A stretch of DNA of 64,000 bases from Acidobacteria bacterium RIFCSPLOWO2_12_FULL_68_19 (GTDB lineage: Bacteria; Acidobacteriota; Vicinamibacteria; Vicinamibacterales; UBA2999): assembly GCA_001767525.1 (NCBI GenBank), contig MELF01000023.1, positions 4,682 through 68,681 on the forward strand. The letters are read 5' to 3'. Positions 16,743 through 24,974 of this stretch are shown piece after piece (the stretch's first letter is position 1; every line of letters begins with the position of its first letter). A program made the translations under genes and the position numbers. The notes below the pieces were generated by a model. That model was not told where the DNA came from. It worked only from the letters and a program-made list of their open reading frames with translations, and ran no database searches.

Positions 16743-18731
16743 TTGGGCGCGGCATTGACCAAACCATCTGCACGCGCGTCCGCGTACTACTCCAGACCCG
16801 TGGATCTCTTTCTCGCTACCGATCCGTACGAGGTGCTTGGTGCTCTGAGTGCGGCACACATCTACGACCTCGAAGTCGAGCAGCGTCAGGCGTGGGAAGA
16901 GGAGTTGAACATCCTAAGAGTCGCTCTACGGGGGCTATCTGGCACTCTCTGTCTCGAATTCGACGTCCCGCGCCTTGGCAGCCGAATCGACGCCGTGCTG
17001 GTTTCTGGGCCAGCAATCTTTCCCATCGAGTTCAAGTGCGGAGAACGTCAGTTCCGTCTCCCCGACTACAACCAGGCGTGGGACTACGCGTTGGACCTCA
17101 AGAACTTTCACGCTGCGAGTCACGACGCACCGATTTGTCCCGTCCTCGTGGCGACGGAATCTGACACCGCCGATGAGACCTGGCAGGGCCCATATCCGGA
17201 CGGCGTGCGGCCGCCGTATCGTTGCGGCGCTCGCCACCTCGGCGATGTTCTTCAACGTGGTCTCGCACTGACCAGCGGACCTCCGATCGACGGCGAGGCT
17301 TGGGGAGCCGCTCCATATCAGCCGACGCCAACCATCATTGAGGCGGCCCGGGCTCTCTACGCGCGACACTCGGTCGAGGCGATTTCGCGCAGCGACGCCG
17401 GCGCCAAGAACCTACGCGTCACGTCAGCCAGCGTCGAGGAGATCATCGAGCGCTCCCGAGGCGACCGTGACAAGTGTGTCGTCTTCGTCACGGGCGTACC
17501 CGGCGCCGGGAAGACGCTCGTGGGCTTGAACGTGGCGACACGGCGGCGGATGTTGGGAGAAGCCCGTGCGGTCTATTTGTCAGGAAACGGTCCGCTGGTG
17601 GCTGTTCTTCAGGAGGCGCTCACGCGTGACGAACTCGCGCGCATCGGACACACCGAACGGAAGGGGGCGGTGCGCCAGAGGGTGAAGCCGTTCATTCAGA
17701 ACGTCCACCACTTCCGGGATGAGGGCGTGCGCACGACCATTGCCCCTTACGACCACGTGGTCATCTTTGATGAAGCACAGCGCGCGTGGACGCGGGCGAA
17801 GACCGCCGACTTCATGAAGCGTCGGAAGAAGATTGCGACTTTCGACCAGTCCGAACCGGAGTTCCTTATTTCCTATCTGGACCGGCACGATACGTGGGCG
17901 GTTGTCATCTGTCTCGTTGGAGGCGGGCAGGAGATCCACACGGGCGAGGCGGGGATCGGCGAATGGCTCGAGGCCGTTCGGCTCCACTTCCCGCACTGGC
18001 GTGTTCATGTTTCACCGAATCTCACCGACTCTGAATACGCGGCGCAGTCACCTCTGGAGCGCCTCGCCGCCGTGGCGTCGATCGTCTGGGACGATCGACT
18101 CCATCTCGCAACGTCAATGCGATCGTTCCGGGCGGAGAAGGTGTCCGCGTTCGTCAAGGCTGTTCTCGACAGTGACGTAGTCTCGGCCCGAACACTGCTC
18201 CGGGAGGTTACGCGGCGGTATCCGATTGTCGTCACGCGCGACCTGGCACGCGCGAAGACATGGATCCGCAGCCACGCTCGTGGTTCCGAGCGCTACGGGC
18301 TGGTCGCATCGTCGCAGGCCCAACGCCTCAAGCCACACGCGATCGATGTCCGCGTCAACGTCGATCCGGTCCAGTGGTTCCTGAACGACAGGCATGACAC
18401 GCGATCGAGCTATTACCTGGAGGATGCCGCAACCGAATTTCAGGTGCAGGGTCTCGAGCTCGACTGGGTCTGCGTGACGTGGGATGCAGATTTGCGACGC
18501 CATGCGGAGTCATGGCGCTACCACTCGTTTCGCGGAGACGGATGGACGACAGTCCACAAGGAAGACCGGAAGCGCTATCTGCTGAACGCCTACCGCGTTC
18601 TGTTGACACGGGCGCGCCAGGGAATGGTCATCTTCGTGCCGCCTGGCGACGAGTCGGACCCGACTCGTGCTCCGTCGTTTTACGACGACACCTACCAGTA
18701 CCTCACCGGCCTTGGAGTCGCCGAGGTCTGA
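16743..18731 (+). CDS. DUF2075-family P-loop NTPase with N-terminal PD-(D/E)xK-like nuclease motif
   Basis: 662 aa. N-terminus RIDAVLVSGPAIFPIEFKCGE (a D...E.K restriction-endonuclease-like motif) and QAWDYALDLKNFH. Walker A VTGVPGAGKTLVG and Walker B VVIFDEAQRAW. ICLVGGGQEIHTGEAG is typical of DUF2075. Confidence 0.8.
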   Translation: MGAALTKPSARASAYYSRPVDLFLATDPYEVLGALSAAHIYDLEVEQRQAWEEELNILRVALRGLSGTLCLEFDVPRLGSRIDAVLVSGPAIFPIEFKCGERQFRLPDYNQAWDYALDLKNFHAASHDAPICPVLVATESDTADETWQGPYPDGVRPPYRCGARHLGDVLQRGLALTSGPPIDGEAWGAAPYQPTPTIIEAARALYARHSVEAISRSDAGAKNLRVTSASVEEIIERSRGDRDKCVVFVTGVPGAGKTLVGLNVATRRRMLGEARAVYLSGNGPLVAVLQEALTRDELARIGHTERKGAVRQRVKPFIQNVHHFRDEGVRTTIAPYDHVVIFDEAQRAWTRAKTADFMKRRKKIATFDQSEPEFLISYLDRHDTWAVVICLVGGGQEIHTGEAGIGEWLEAVRLHFPHWRVHVSPNLTDSEYAAQSPLERLAAVASIVWDDRLHLATSMRSFRAEKVSAFVKAVLDSDVVSARTLLREVTRRYPIVVTRDLARAKTWIRSHARGSERYGLVASSQAQRLKPHAIDVRVNVDPVQWFLNDRHDTRSSYYLEDAATEFQVQGLELDWVCVTWDADLRRHAESWRYHSFRGDGWTTVHKEDRKRYLLNAYRVLLTRARQGMVIFVPPGDESDPTRAPSFYDDTYQYLTGLGVAEV

Positions 18732-18745
18732 CTGAATCGGGCCGT

Positions 18746-19213
18746 TCAACGCCTTAATAGACGCTCATCGAAATCGAATGGATGTGGATCGCCGACGCGA
18801 ACGGCTCCGAAATCCTGGTGTCGCGGATTCAACAGGTAGTTCAACTCCGATTCAATGACAGCGCTCGGCACTTTCAGGACCGCTGACCTGCCCGCCTTAA
18901 CCCATTCGTCACCAATCAGCTGGAGCTCGGGCGGAGCCGGATACGAGCGCCAGTTAGGGGGAAGGCGCTTCGAGTCGAGACGCTCCACAAGGGCTTCATC
19001 GAACGTACAGGCGATGAGGACGTACGCACTCAGGATCGACCGGCGCCGCAGGTGGACTAACAGCTCCAACGTCGCTAACGCCGCGCTCTCGGACGCGTAG
19101 ACGAGGGGCGTGCCTGGTGAATTCCAGCGTCCGCCTTCGAGACGAGCGCCCTCGCCATCGAAAGCGTTCGCGGCGTGTCTGGCCTTGACGATCCGCCAAG
19201 CCGTAATCGCCAC
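18746..19213 (-). CDS. RES-domain toxin
   Basis: AWRIVKARHAANAFDGEGARLEGGRWNSPGTPLVYASESAALATLELLVH...VLKVPSAVI carries the R-E-S residues pattern. GTG at 19213 shares one base with the TAG of the upstream antitoxin. The track N-terminal extension is rejected. Confidence 0.85.
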   Translation of the reverse strand: MAITAWRIVKARHAANAFDGEGARLEGGRWNSPGTPLVYASESAALATLELLVHLRRRSILSAYVLIACTFDEALVERLDSKRLPPNWRSYPAPPELQLIGDEWVKAGRSAVLKVPSAVIESELNYLLNPRHQDFGAVRVGDPHPFDFDERLLRR

Positions 19214-19731
19214 TACGAGAAGACGCCGTGCTCGAGGCGGCCGACCAGCCGCTCCACCTCTTGAACACCTAGCTCGGTACGCGCAAGGTCCAAAGGAATA
19301 CCGCCGCCCAAGGCCGGCTGTGCTGTTGTGAGCCATTCCACTGCGGCATCGCGATCGCCTTCAAAGAGCTGGAGCGCCTTTCCGAACAGTCTGGCGGCCC
19401 GTAGAAGGCGATCGGATTCATCCGAAAGGAATCGGCTGTCTGTTTTGCGGCGCGTCAGCGTGCGGCGTGGAATGTTGATGAGGTCGATAAGGCGATCAAC
19501 CGACAGCGAAGTGTTTCGCTGGAATCGCTCGAACGCGCGATACGGGATGCCGCGCTGAACCGCTCGGAGCAAGCCTGGCGCGTCGAACGTATCGAGGCCC
19601 AACAGGACGACGTACGCGTGCGGCCCGGGCTGACCCGCTCGGAGCTGCTGCCGAAAGCGATCGAGGTCCTTGGTGGTCTCGGTTCCCTCATGAAGCGCGG
19701 CGGCTGCGGTCTTGGCCATATGGCCATCCAT
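19213..19731 (-). CDS. Xre/MbcA/ParS-type antitoxin (DUF2384) of the RES toxin
   Basis: GIPYRAFERFQRNTSLSVDRLIDLINIPRRTLTRRK...SDRLLRAARLFGKALQLFEGDRDAAVEWLTTAQPALGGGIPLDLARTELGVQEVERLVGRLEHGVF. Start at ATG 19731 or 19719. Confidence 0.85.
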   Translation of the reverse strand: MDGHMAKTAAAALHEGTETTKDLDRFRQQLRAGQPGPHAYVVLLGLDTFDAPGLLRAVQRGIPYRAFERFQRNTSLSVDRLIDLINIPRRTLTRRKTDSRFLSDESDRLLRAARLFGKALQLFEGDRDAAVEWLTTAQPALGGGIPLDLARTELGVQEVERLVGRLEHGVFS

Positions 19732-19871
19732 TATGCGCCATTTGCGCCCTTGACGAACACTTGACAGATTGCGCACGAAGGGGCCGTCCCCGACCGGAGA
19801 CGCCCGACGATCTGCCCGATTTTCCTAAGGAAACCGAAGCAACCCAGAATCACCCACGTCGATTGGGCCGC

Positions 19872-19915
19872 CTCTGGACCGCGTTATCGGGGTTCGAATC
19901 CCTGCCTCCCAGCCA
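19872..19915 (+). repeat. copy of tRNA-Gln 3-prime half, right boundary of the islet array
   Basis: 43/44 nt identical to 6363-6406 (A to G at 19881). No 5-prime half; preceding bases cannot pair as an anticodon stem. Confidence 0.9.
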
Positions 19916-19960
19916 CACCCCTCCGTTGACGGCCCACTCCAATCGACGATAATCGGCGCC

Positions 19961-20719
19961 ATGCGACTGCGACTCCTGCCGCTCGCGCTGGCCTTCCCCC
20001 TCGCGTCGTCCGCCTTCGGCGAAGAGCTGAAGGTCCATGCCGCCGCCGGCGTGAAGGCCCCCTTCCTGAAGCTGGCCGCCGACTACGAGGCGAAGACGGG
20101 CCACACGGTCACCGTCGTCTTCGACACGGCGGGGGCCGCCAACAAGCGCTTCCTCGCGGACCCGGATGCGGCGCTCCTCATCACGACGCAGGCGCTCGTC
20201 GGCGAGGGGGAGAAGAACGGCCGGCTCGCCGGCGGGACGAGCTATCGCCTCGGCGAGACGGTGGCCGGCTTTGCCGCGCCGCCGGGATCCCCGAAGCCGG
20301 ACATCTCGACGCCGGAGAAGCTGAAGGCGGCGCTGCGCTCGGCGCGCCGCATCGCCTTCTCCGACCCGGCCAGGGGCGCCACCGCGGGCACGCACTTCAT
20401 GAAGGTGATCGAGACGCTCGGCATCAGGGACGAAGTGCTGAAGAAGGCTACGCTCGCCCAGGACGGCGTCGAGACGATGCGCCTCGTGCTCGAGGGGACG
20501 GTCGATCTGGGCGTCACCCAGACGAGCGAGATCGTCCAGGCCAATCGCGCGGCGCTCGTCGGTCCCTTCCCGAAGGAGTTCGACCTGGCGACCACCTATT
20601 CCCTGTGGCACCGGGCCGGTCTGTCTCCGGCGGCGAGCGGTTTCGTCGCCCTGATCACCAGCCCCGCCGGACGGGCGAGGCTGGCGGAAGACGGCGTGCG
20701 GTCGGCTGCCGGACGATAG
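19961..20719 (+). CDS. periplasmic substrate-binding protein, ModA/molybdate-binding-like
   Basis: Signal peptide MRLRLLPLALAFPLASSAFG. LKVHAAAGVKAPFLKLAADYEAKTGHTVTVVFDTAG resembles type-2 periplasmic-binding-fold (ModA-like) proteins. Confidence 0.55.
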   Translation: MRLRLLPLALAFPLASSAFGEELKVHAAAGVKAPFLKLAADYEAKTGHTVTVVFDTAGAANKRFLADPDAALLITTQALVGEGEKNGRLAGGTSYRLGETVAGFAAPPGSPKPDISTPEKLKAALRSARRIAFSDPARGATAGTHFMKVIETLGIRDEVLKKATLAQDGVETMRLVLEGTVDLGVTQTSEIVQANRAALVGPFPKEFDLATTYSLWHRAGLSPAASGFVALITSPAGRARLAEDGVRSAAGR

Positions 20720-20743
20720 CCGGCTGGCGCACGGCTTCCCGCG

Positions 20744-22078
20744 TCACGGGGCGAGCGCCTTGCGCTCCGCGTCCACGTCGGCTTCCCACGACGCGATGAG
20801 CGGACGCAGCGCGCGGATGAGATCGACGCGCTCTCGCGCCAGATCGTCGTGTTCGCCGACATCCGCGCGCAGGTTGAAGACGAACAGCGCGTTCCCTTCG
20901 ACCAGGAGCTTCCAGTCGCCTCGCCTCACGGCCTTCTGCGTCCGCGTGCGCCAGAAGAAGGTGCGCTCGACGGGCGGCGCCTGGCCGGCCAGGATCGGGA
21001 GAAGATTGATGCCTTCGAGGCGCGCCTCGGGCGGCACGGGCGTCCCGGTCGCGGCGAGAATCGACGCGGTGAGATCCATGAAGATGCCCGGCTGGCCGCT
21101 GGTCCTGCCGGCCGGCAGCCGCCCGGGCCAGCGGAAGATCGCCGGCACGCGCACCCCGCCTTCCCACAGCGTCCCCTTCCGGTTCGACAGCGGCGTGTTC
21201 CGCGACAGCCATTCGCCACCGTTGTCGTTGGTGACGACGACCAGCGTGTTCCGCTCGAGCCCGAGCGTCGCCAGCGTCCGCAGAATCTCGCCGATGCCCG
21301 CATCGGCCCGCTCCAGCATCGCCGCATAGTCCCGCCTGGTCGGCGGCGGATCGTCGGTCGGCGCCTGCAGCGCCACCTGCCTCGCCTTCACGTAGCGATC
21401 CGGCGGCTGCCACGGCCAGTGGGCCGCGTTGTAGGAGACATCCACGAAGAACGGCTCGGCCGCGTGCTGCTCGATGAACCTGACGGCGCGAGCCGTGATC
21501 AGGTCGGTCATGTAGCCGTCGACTTGGACGGGCGTCGTGTTCTCGAACAAGTCGTCGAGGCCGCTGGCGGCCTCGTGGGTGTAGAAGTCGATGGCCCCGC
21601 TCTTGAAACCGAAGAAGTAGTCGAAGCCGTGCTCGTTCGGGGCGAACTCGGGCTTCCAGCCGAGATGCCACTTCCCGATGAGTCCCGTGGCGTACCCGTT
21701 CTTCTTCAGCAACTGGGGCAGCGAGCGGCCCGTCGGGAGCAGCCCGCGGTCCCTCGGCCCGGCGCTCGCAAGCGCCTCTTCCAGACCGACCCGCTGCTGA
21801 TATCGTCCGGTGATGAGCGACGCGCGCGTCGGCGTGCAGACCGGCGCGGCATAGAAGTCGGTCAGCCTGACCCCTTCCTTCGCCAGACGGTCGATGTGCG
21901 GCGTCCTGATGTCGGTCGCCCCATACGCCCCGAAGTCGCCGTAGCCGACATCGTCGGTGACGATCAGGACGACATTCGGACGCTCGGGACCGCGTGAGGG
22001 ACCCTGCCCGGCCGCGGCAGCCGGCCCGCCGGCCAGCAGGACTGCCGCCGCGATGAGAATCGTCGCCGAACGGGCCAT
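20744..22078 (-). CDS. arylsulfatase-family sulfatase
   Basis: Signal peptide. NVVLIVTDDVGYGDFGAYG and formylglycine motif CTPTRASLITGR. SD GGAGGTG before the ATG. Confidence 0.9.
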   Translation of the reverse strand: MARSATILIAAAVLLAGGPAAAAGQGPSRGPERPNVVLIVTDDVGYGDFGAYGATDIRTPHIDRLAKEGVRLTDFYAAPVCTPTRASLITGRYQQRVGLEEALASAGPRDRGLLPTGRSLPQLLKKNGYATGLIGKWHLGWKPEFAPNEHGFDYFFGFKSGAIDFYTHEAASGLDDLFENTTPVQVDGYMTDLITARAVRFIEQHAAEPFFVDVSYNAAHWPWQPPDRYVKARQVALQAPTDDPPPTRRDYAAMLERADAGIGEILRTLATLGLERNTLVVVTNDNGGEWLSRNTPLSNRKGTLWEGGVRVPAIFRWPGRLPAGRTSGQPGIFMDLTASILAATGTPVPPEARLEGINLLPILAGQAPPVERTFFWRTRTQKAVRRGDWKLLVEGNALFVFNLRADVGEHDDLARERVDLIRALRPLIASWEADVDAERKALAP

Positions 22079-22100
22079 GTCACCTCCTGCGCCGCCCGCG

Positions 22101-24119
22101 CTACTCCCTGGGTAGGCGCAGTGCGAGCAGCTCGCTGCTGTAATTGCCGCCGCCGATGGCCACGATGATGTGCTGCCGGCCGTCCAGCATGTAAGTCATC
22201 GGCGATCCGGTCTGCGGCGCCGGCATGTACATCGCCCCCCGCTCCTGCCCCGTCGCCTTGTCGTAGGCACGGAGCATCGCCCCGCGGCGGCCATCGGGCA
22301 GCGTGAAGAACCCGCCTTCGCCGGCGATCACGAGCGTCTTCGTCGTCAGCGTTCCAAGGCGTCCCTGGCGCCCCGTGCGCGGGATGGTCAGGCCCTTGAG
22401 CGCCGGGTGGTTGCGGATGTTGTCCGGCGTCTCGCCGTGGGCGATCTGCCACACGATCTCGCCCTTGTTGAGATCGATTGCCGTGATGCGTCCGTAGGGC
22501 GGCTTGATGAGCGGGAGCCCCTGCACGGTGACCGTTCCGCCGCCCTCGTCCCCGCCTCCACCTCCACCGGCGGTCGCCGGCGGAGGCGCCTTCGGGTTCG
22601 GGGCGACGCCGCGGATGTAGTCCATGTCCGACCGCTTCGGGTCGTTGATGAGCCCCAGCGGCGTCACCGTCGTCGTCGAATAGACGTAGAGGATGCCCGT
22701 GTCCGGGTCGTAGGAGCCGCCCGGCCAGTTCGCGCCGCCGCCCGCCGACGGCAGCATGAGCGTCCCGAGCGGGCCCTCGAACCGGCTGACGACGGCCGGG
22801 GTGAAGATCGGGCCGATCTTGTAGCGTGACGCGATCTTTACCGCCTCGGCCTTCAGCTCCGGCGTGAAGTCGATCAGGTCATCGAGGGTGACCCCTTGCC
22901 GATCGAAGGCGGGCGGCCTGGTCGGAAACCGCTGCGTCGGCGAATACCACTCGGTCGGGATGTCACCTTTCGGAACGGGCCGCTCCTCGATCGGCCAGAC
23001 GGGCTGTCCGGTCGCCCGGTCGAGGACGTAGACCCACGACTGCTTGGTCGGCTGCGCGATGGCCCGAATCTGCCTGCCGTTCACGGTGATGTCGGCGAGG
23101 ATCGGCGCGCACGGAATGTCCCAGTCCCAGATGTCGTGATGGATGAACTGGTAGTGCCACTTGCGCTGGCCGGTCCGGAGGTCCAGGGCGACCAGGCCGG
23201 AGCTGAACAGATTGGCGCCGGGACGATGGCCGCCGTAGTAGTCGCCGGTGGCATCCTCGACCGGCAGGTACACCAGGCCGAGCTCCTCGTCTATGGCCAT
23301 GTGCGCCCACACGCCCGCGTTGCCGGTGTAGCTCCACGACTCGTTCTCCCAGGTGTCGATGCCGAACTCGCCGAGCCGCGGGATCGTGTGGAAGATCCAG
23401 AGGCGCTTGCCCGTCACCACGTCGAAGGCGCGAACGTACCCCTTCTGGTTCCTGCGGCTCTTGGGCGCCGCGCCCGACAGGTGCGCCGCGCCGATGACGA
23501 TCGTGTTCCCGGAGACGACCGGCGCCGCGTGCAGCCCGATCTCGCCGGTGACGAGATCCATCTCCTGGTCGTTCTGGAGCTTGAGATCCACGATGCCGTT
23601 CCTGCCGAAGGTGGGCACCGGACGGCCGATCTTCGCGTCGAGCGCGACGAGCTGATAGCCCGGCGTGACGTAGAGAATCCGCTCTTCCTTCCCGTTGGTC
23701 CAGTACGCCACCCCTCGGCCCGACAACTGCCTCGGCGCCGCCTCGCCGCGCTTGCCCTCATCCAGGCTGAACTTCCAGAGCAGTTCGCCCGTGCCGGCGT
23801 TCAGCGCGATCACGGAGCGGCGCGTGCCCGCCGTCGCGTAGAGCACGCCGCCAACCATCAGCGGGGTCGTCTGGAGATTGAATTCAGGACGCGGACCGAG
23901 GTTGTCGGTCTTGAACCGCCACGCGACTTCCAGCTTGCTGAAGTTGTCGGCGTCGATCTGATCGAGCGGGGAGTAGCGGGTCTGGCGGAGGTCGCCGCCG
24001 TAGGTCCGCCATTCGCCCGTCCTCGCGCCCGACTGCCCTCTCACGGGCATCGTGAGCACCAGGAGCAGACAGCTCACCAGCCCAAGTCCGATGACGAAGC
24101 GAGAGAACGTTCGCGTCAT
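22101..24119 (-). CDS. PQQ-dependent dehydrogenase (glucose/quinate-type beta-propeller)
   Basis: 672 aa, signal peptide. WRTYGGDLRQTRYSPLDQIDADNFSKLEVAWRF plus repeated W-containing propeller blades. Confidence 0.85.
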   Translation of the reverse strand: MTRTFSRFVIGLGLVSCLLLVLTMPVRGQSGARTGEWRTYGGDLRQTRYSPLDQIDADNFSKLEVAWRFKTDNLGPRPEFNLQTTPLMVGGVLYATAGTRRSVIALNAGTGELLWKFSLDEGKRGEAAPRQLSGRGVAYWTNGKEERILYVTPGYQLVALDAKIGRPVPTFGRNGIVDLKLQNDQEMDLVTGEIGLHAAPVVSGNTIVIGAAHLSGAAPKSRRNQKGYVRAFDVVTGKRLWIFHTIPRLGEFGIDTWENESWSYTGNAGVWAHMAIDEELGLVYLPVEDATGDYYGGHRPGANLFSSGLVALDLRTGQRKWHYQFIHHDIWDWDIPCAPILADITVNGRQIRAIAQPTKQSWVYVLDRATGQPVWPIEERPVPKGDIPTEWYSPTQRFPTRPPAFDRQGVTLDDLIDFTPELKAEAVKIASRYKIGPIFTPAVVSRFEGPLGTLMLPSAGGGANWPGGSYDPDTGILYVYSTTTVTPLGLINDPKRSDMDYIRGVAPNPKAPPPATAGGGGGGDEGGGTVTVQGLPLIKPPYGRITAIDLNKGEIVWQIAHGETPDNIRNHPALKGLTIPRTGRQGRLGTLTTKTLVIAGEGGFFTLPDGRRGAMLRAYDKATGQERGAMYMPAPQTGSPMTYMLDGRQHIIVAIGGGNYSSELLALRLPRE

Positions 24120-24132
24120 GCTGCCTCCCAGG

Positions 24133-24954
24133 TCAGGGCGCCAGCCCTTCGGTCACCTCGATATAGGTGCCCCAGGGATCGGTCAGGAACGCGACCCTCG
24201 TCCGCGTATTCGGAACCTGGCGCGGCGGCGCGTCGAACTTCAGGCCATCGGCGGCGAGCCTCTTCTCGAACTCCTCGATGTTCTTCACGTCGAAGCCGAG
24301 GTGATCGATCGCGCGGCCCCTGGTCGGCGCGAGCTTCCCGGCGCCGGCCGAGAACGAGAGATTGAACCGATGGAAGTAGTCGCAGTCGATGAGCCCCGGC
24401 CTCGCCACGCGCTGGCGCTTGCCGGGCAAGCCTCCGAAGACCCTGGCGTACCACGCCTGCATCGCCGGAATGTCCGCCTCGGTCGGATAGAGGTGCACGT
24501 GATCCATGCCGACCGATCCCGGCAGCGACGGGTCGCCGAATACCTCCACGCGAATCCCGCTGTCGGGGGCGTAGACGTATCCCTGATTCGGATTCACCTC
24601 TCCGACGTCGAACTTCACGCCCGCCGCCTTCCAGCGGGCGCGCGCGGCGGCGATGTCCTTGTACACGAACCCGAAATGATCGAAGACCGATCCGGCGGCC
24701 GGCTCTGCAGCATCCGCCTGCCGGAGCATGATGAACACGCCGGGGAACTGGACCAGCGTGAGCGGGCCGTTGGTGACCAGCGTCCCCCCGAGCGCGTCGG
24801 TCCAGAACCGCTTCTGCGCCTCGACGTCCTTCACCGCCACATGGATGTGGCCGAGCGCCACACCCATGTCGTTCGGCGGCGCCAACTGCGCCGGCGCCGG
24901 AGTCGACCACGCAAGAACGAGCAGCCAGGCAACGAGCCAGTGTCGCGTCTTCAT
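24133..24954 (-). CDS. VOC (glyoxalase/bleomycin-resistance/dioxygenase) family protein with signal peptide
   Basis: Start taken at MKTRHWLVAWLLVLAWSTPAPAQ (ATG 24954). Two VOC-like halves: LGHIHVAVKDVEAQKRFW and IDHLGFDVKNIEEFEKRL. The Arg-rich track extension is rejected. Confidence 0.7.
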   Translation of the reverse strand: MKTRHWLVAWLLVLAWSTPAPAQLAPPNDMGVALGHIHVAVKDVEAQKRFWTDALGGTLVTNGPLTLVQFPGVFIMLRQADAAEPAAGSVFDHFGFVYKDIAAARARWKAAGVKFDVGEVNPNQGYVYAPDSGIRVEVFGDPSLPGSVGMDHVHLYPTEADIPAMQAWYARVFGGLPGKRQRVARPGLIDCDYFHRFNLSFSAGAGKLAPTRGRAIDHLGFDVKNIEEFEKRLAADGLKFDAPPRQVPNTRTRVAFLTDPWGTYIEVTEGLAP

Positions 24955-24974
24955 GGCGCAGCCGTCGCCCGGGG

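Larger units (their letters stand above)
6407..19915. mobile_element. Composite of four decayed tRNA-Gln-integrated islets (6407-8625, 8626-11324, 11325-16489, 16490-19915)
   Basis: Bounded and subdivided by same-orientation copies of the tRNA-Gln 3-prime half. Contains integrase remnants only, AT-richer stretches, and accessory TA/nuclease/helicase cargo. Core-like high-GC genes resume at 19961. Confidence 0.7.

Noticed and set aside
8578-19915. Possibility that the repeated tRNA-like segments are additional tRNA-Gln genes.
   Set aside because: Each copy starts in or after the anticodon loop. The bases upstream cannot form the anticodon stem, D arm or acceptor 5-prime strand, so only 6333-6406 is a gene.
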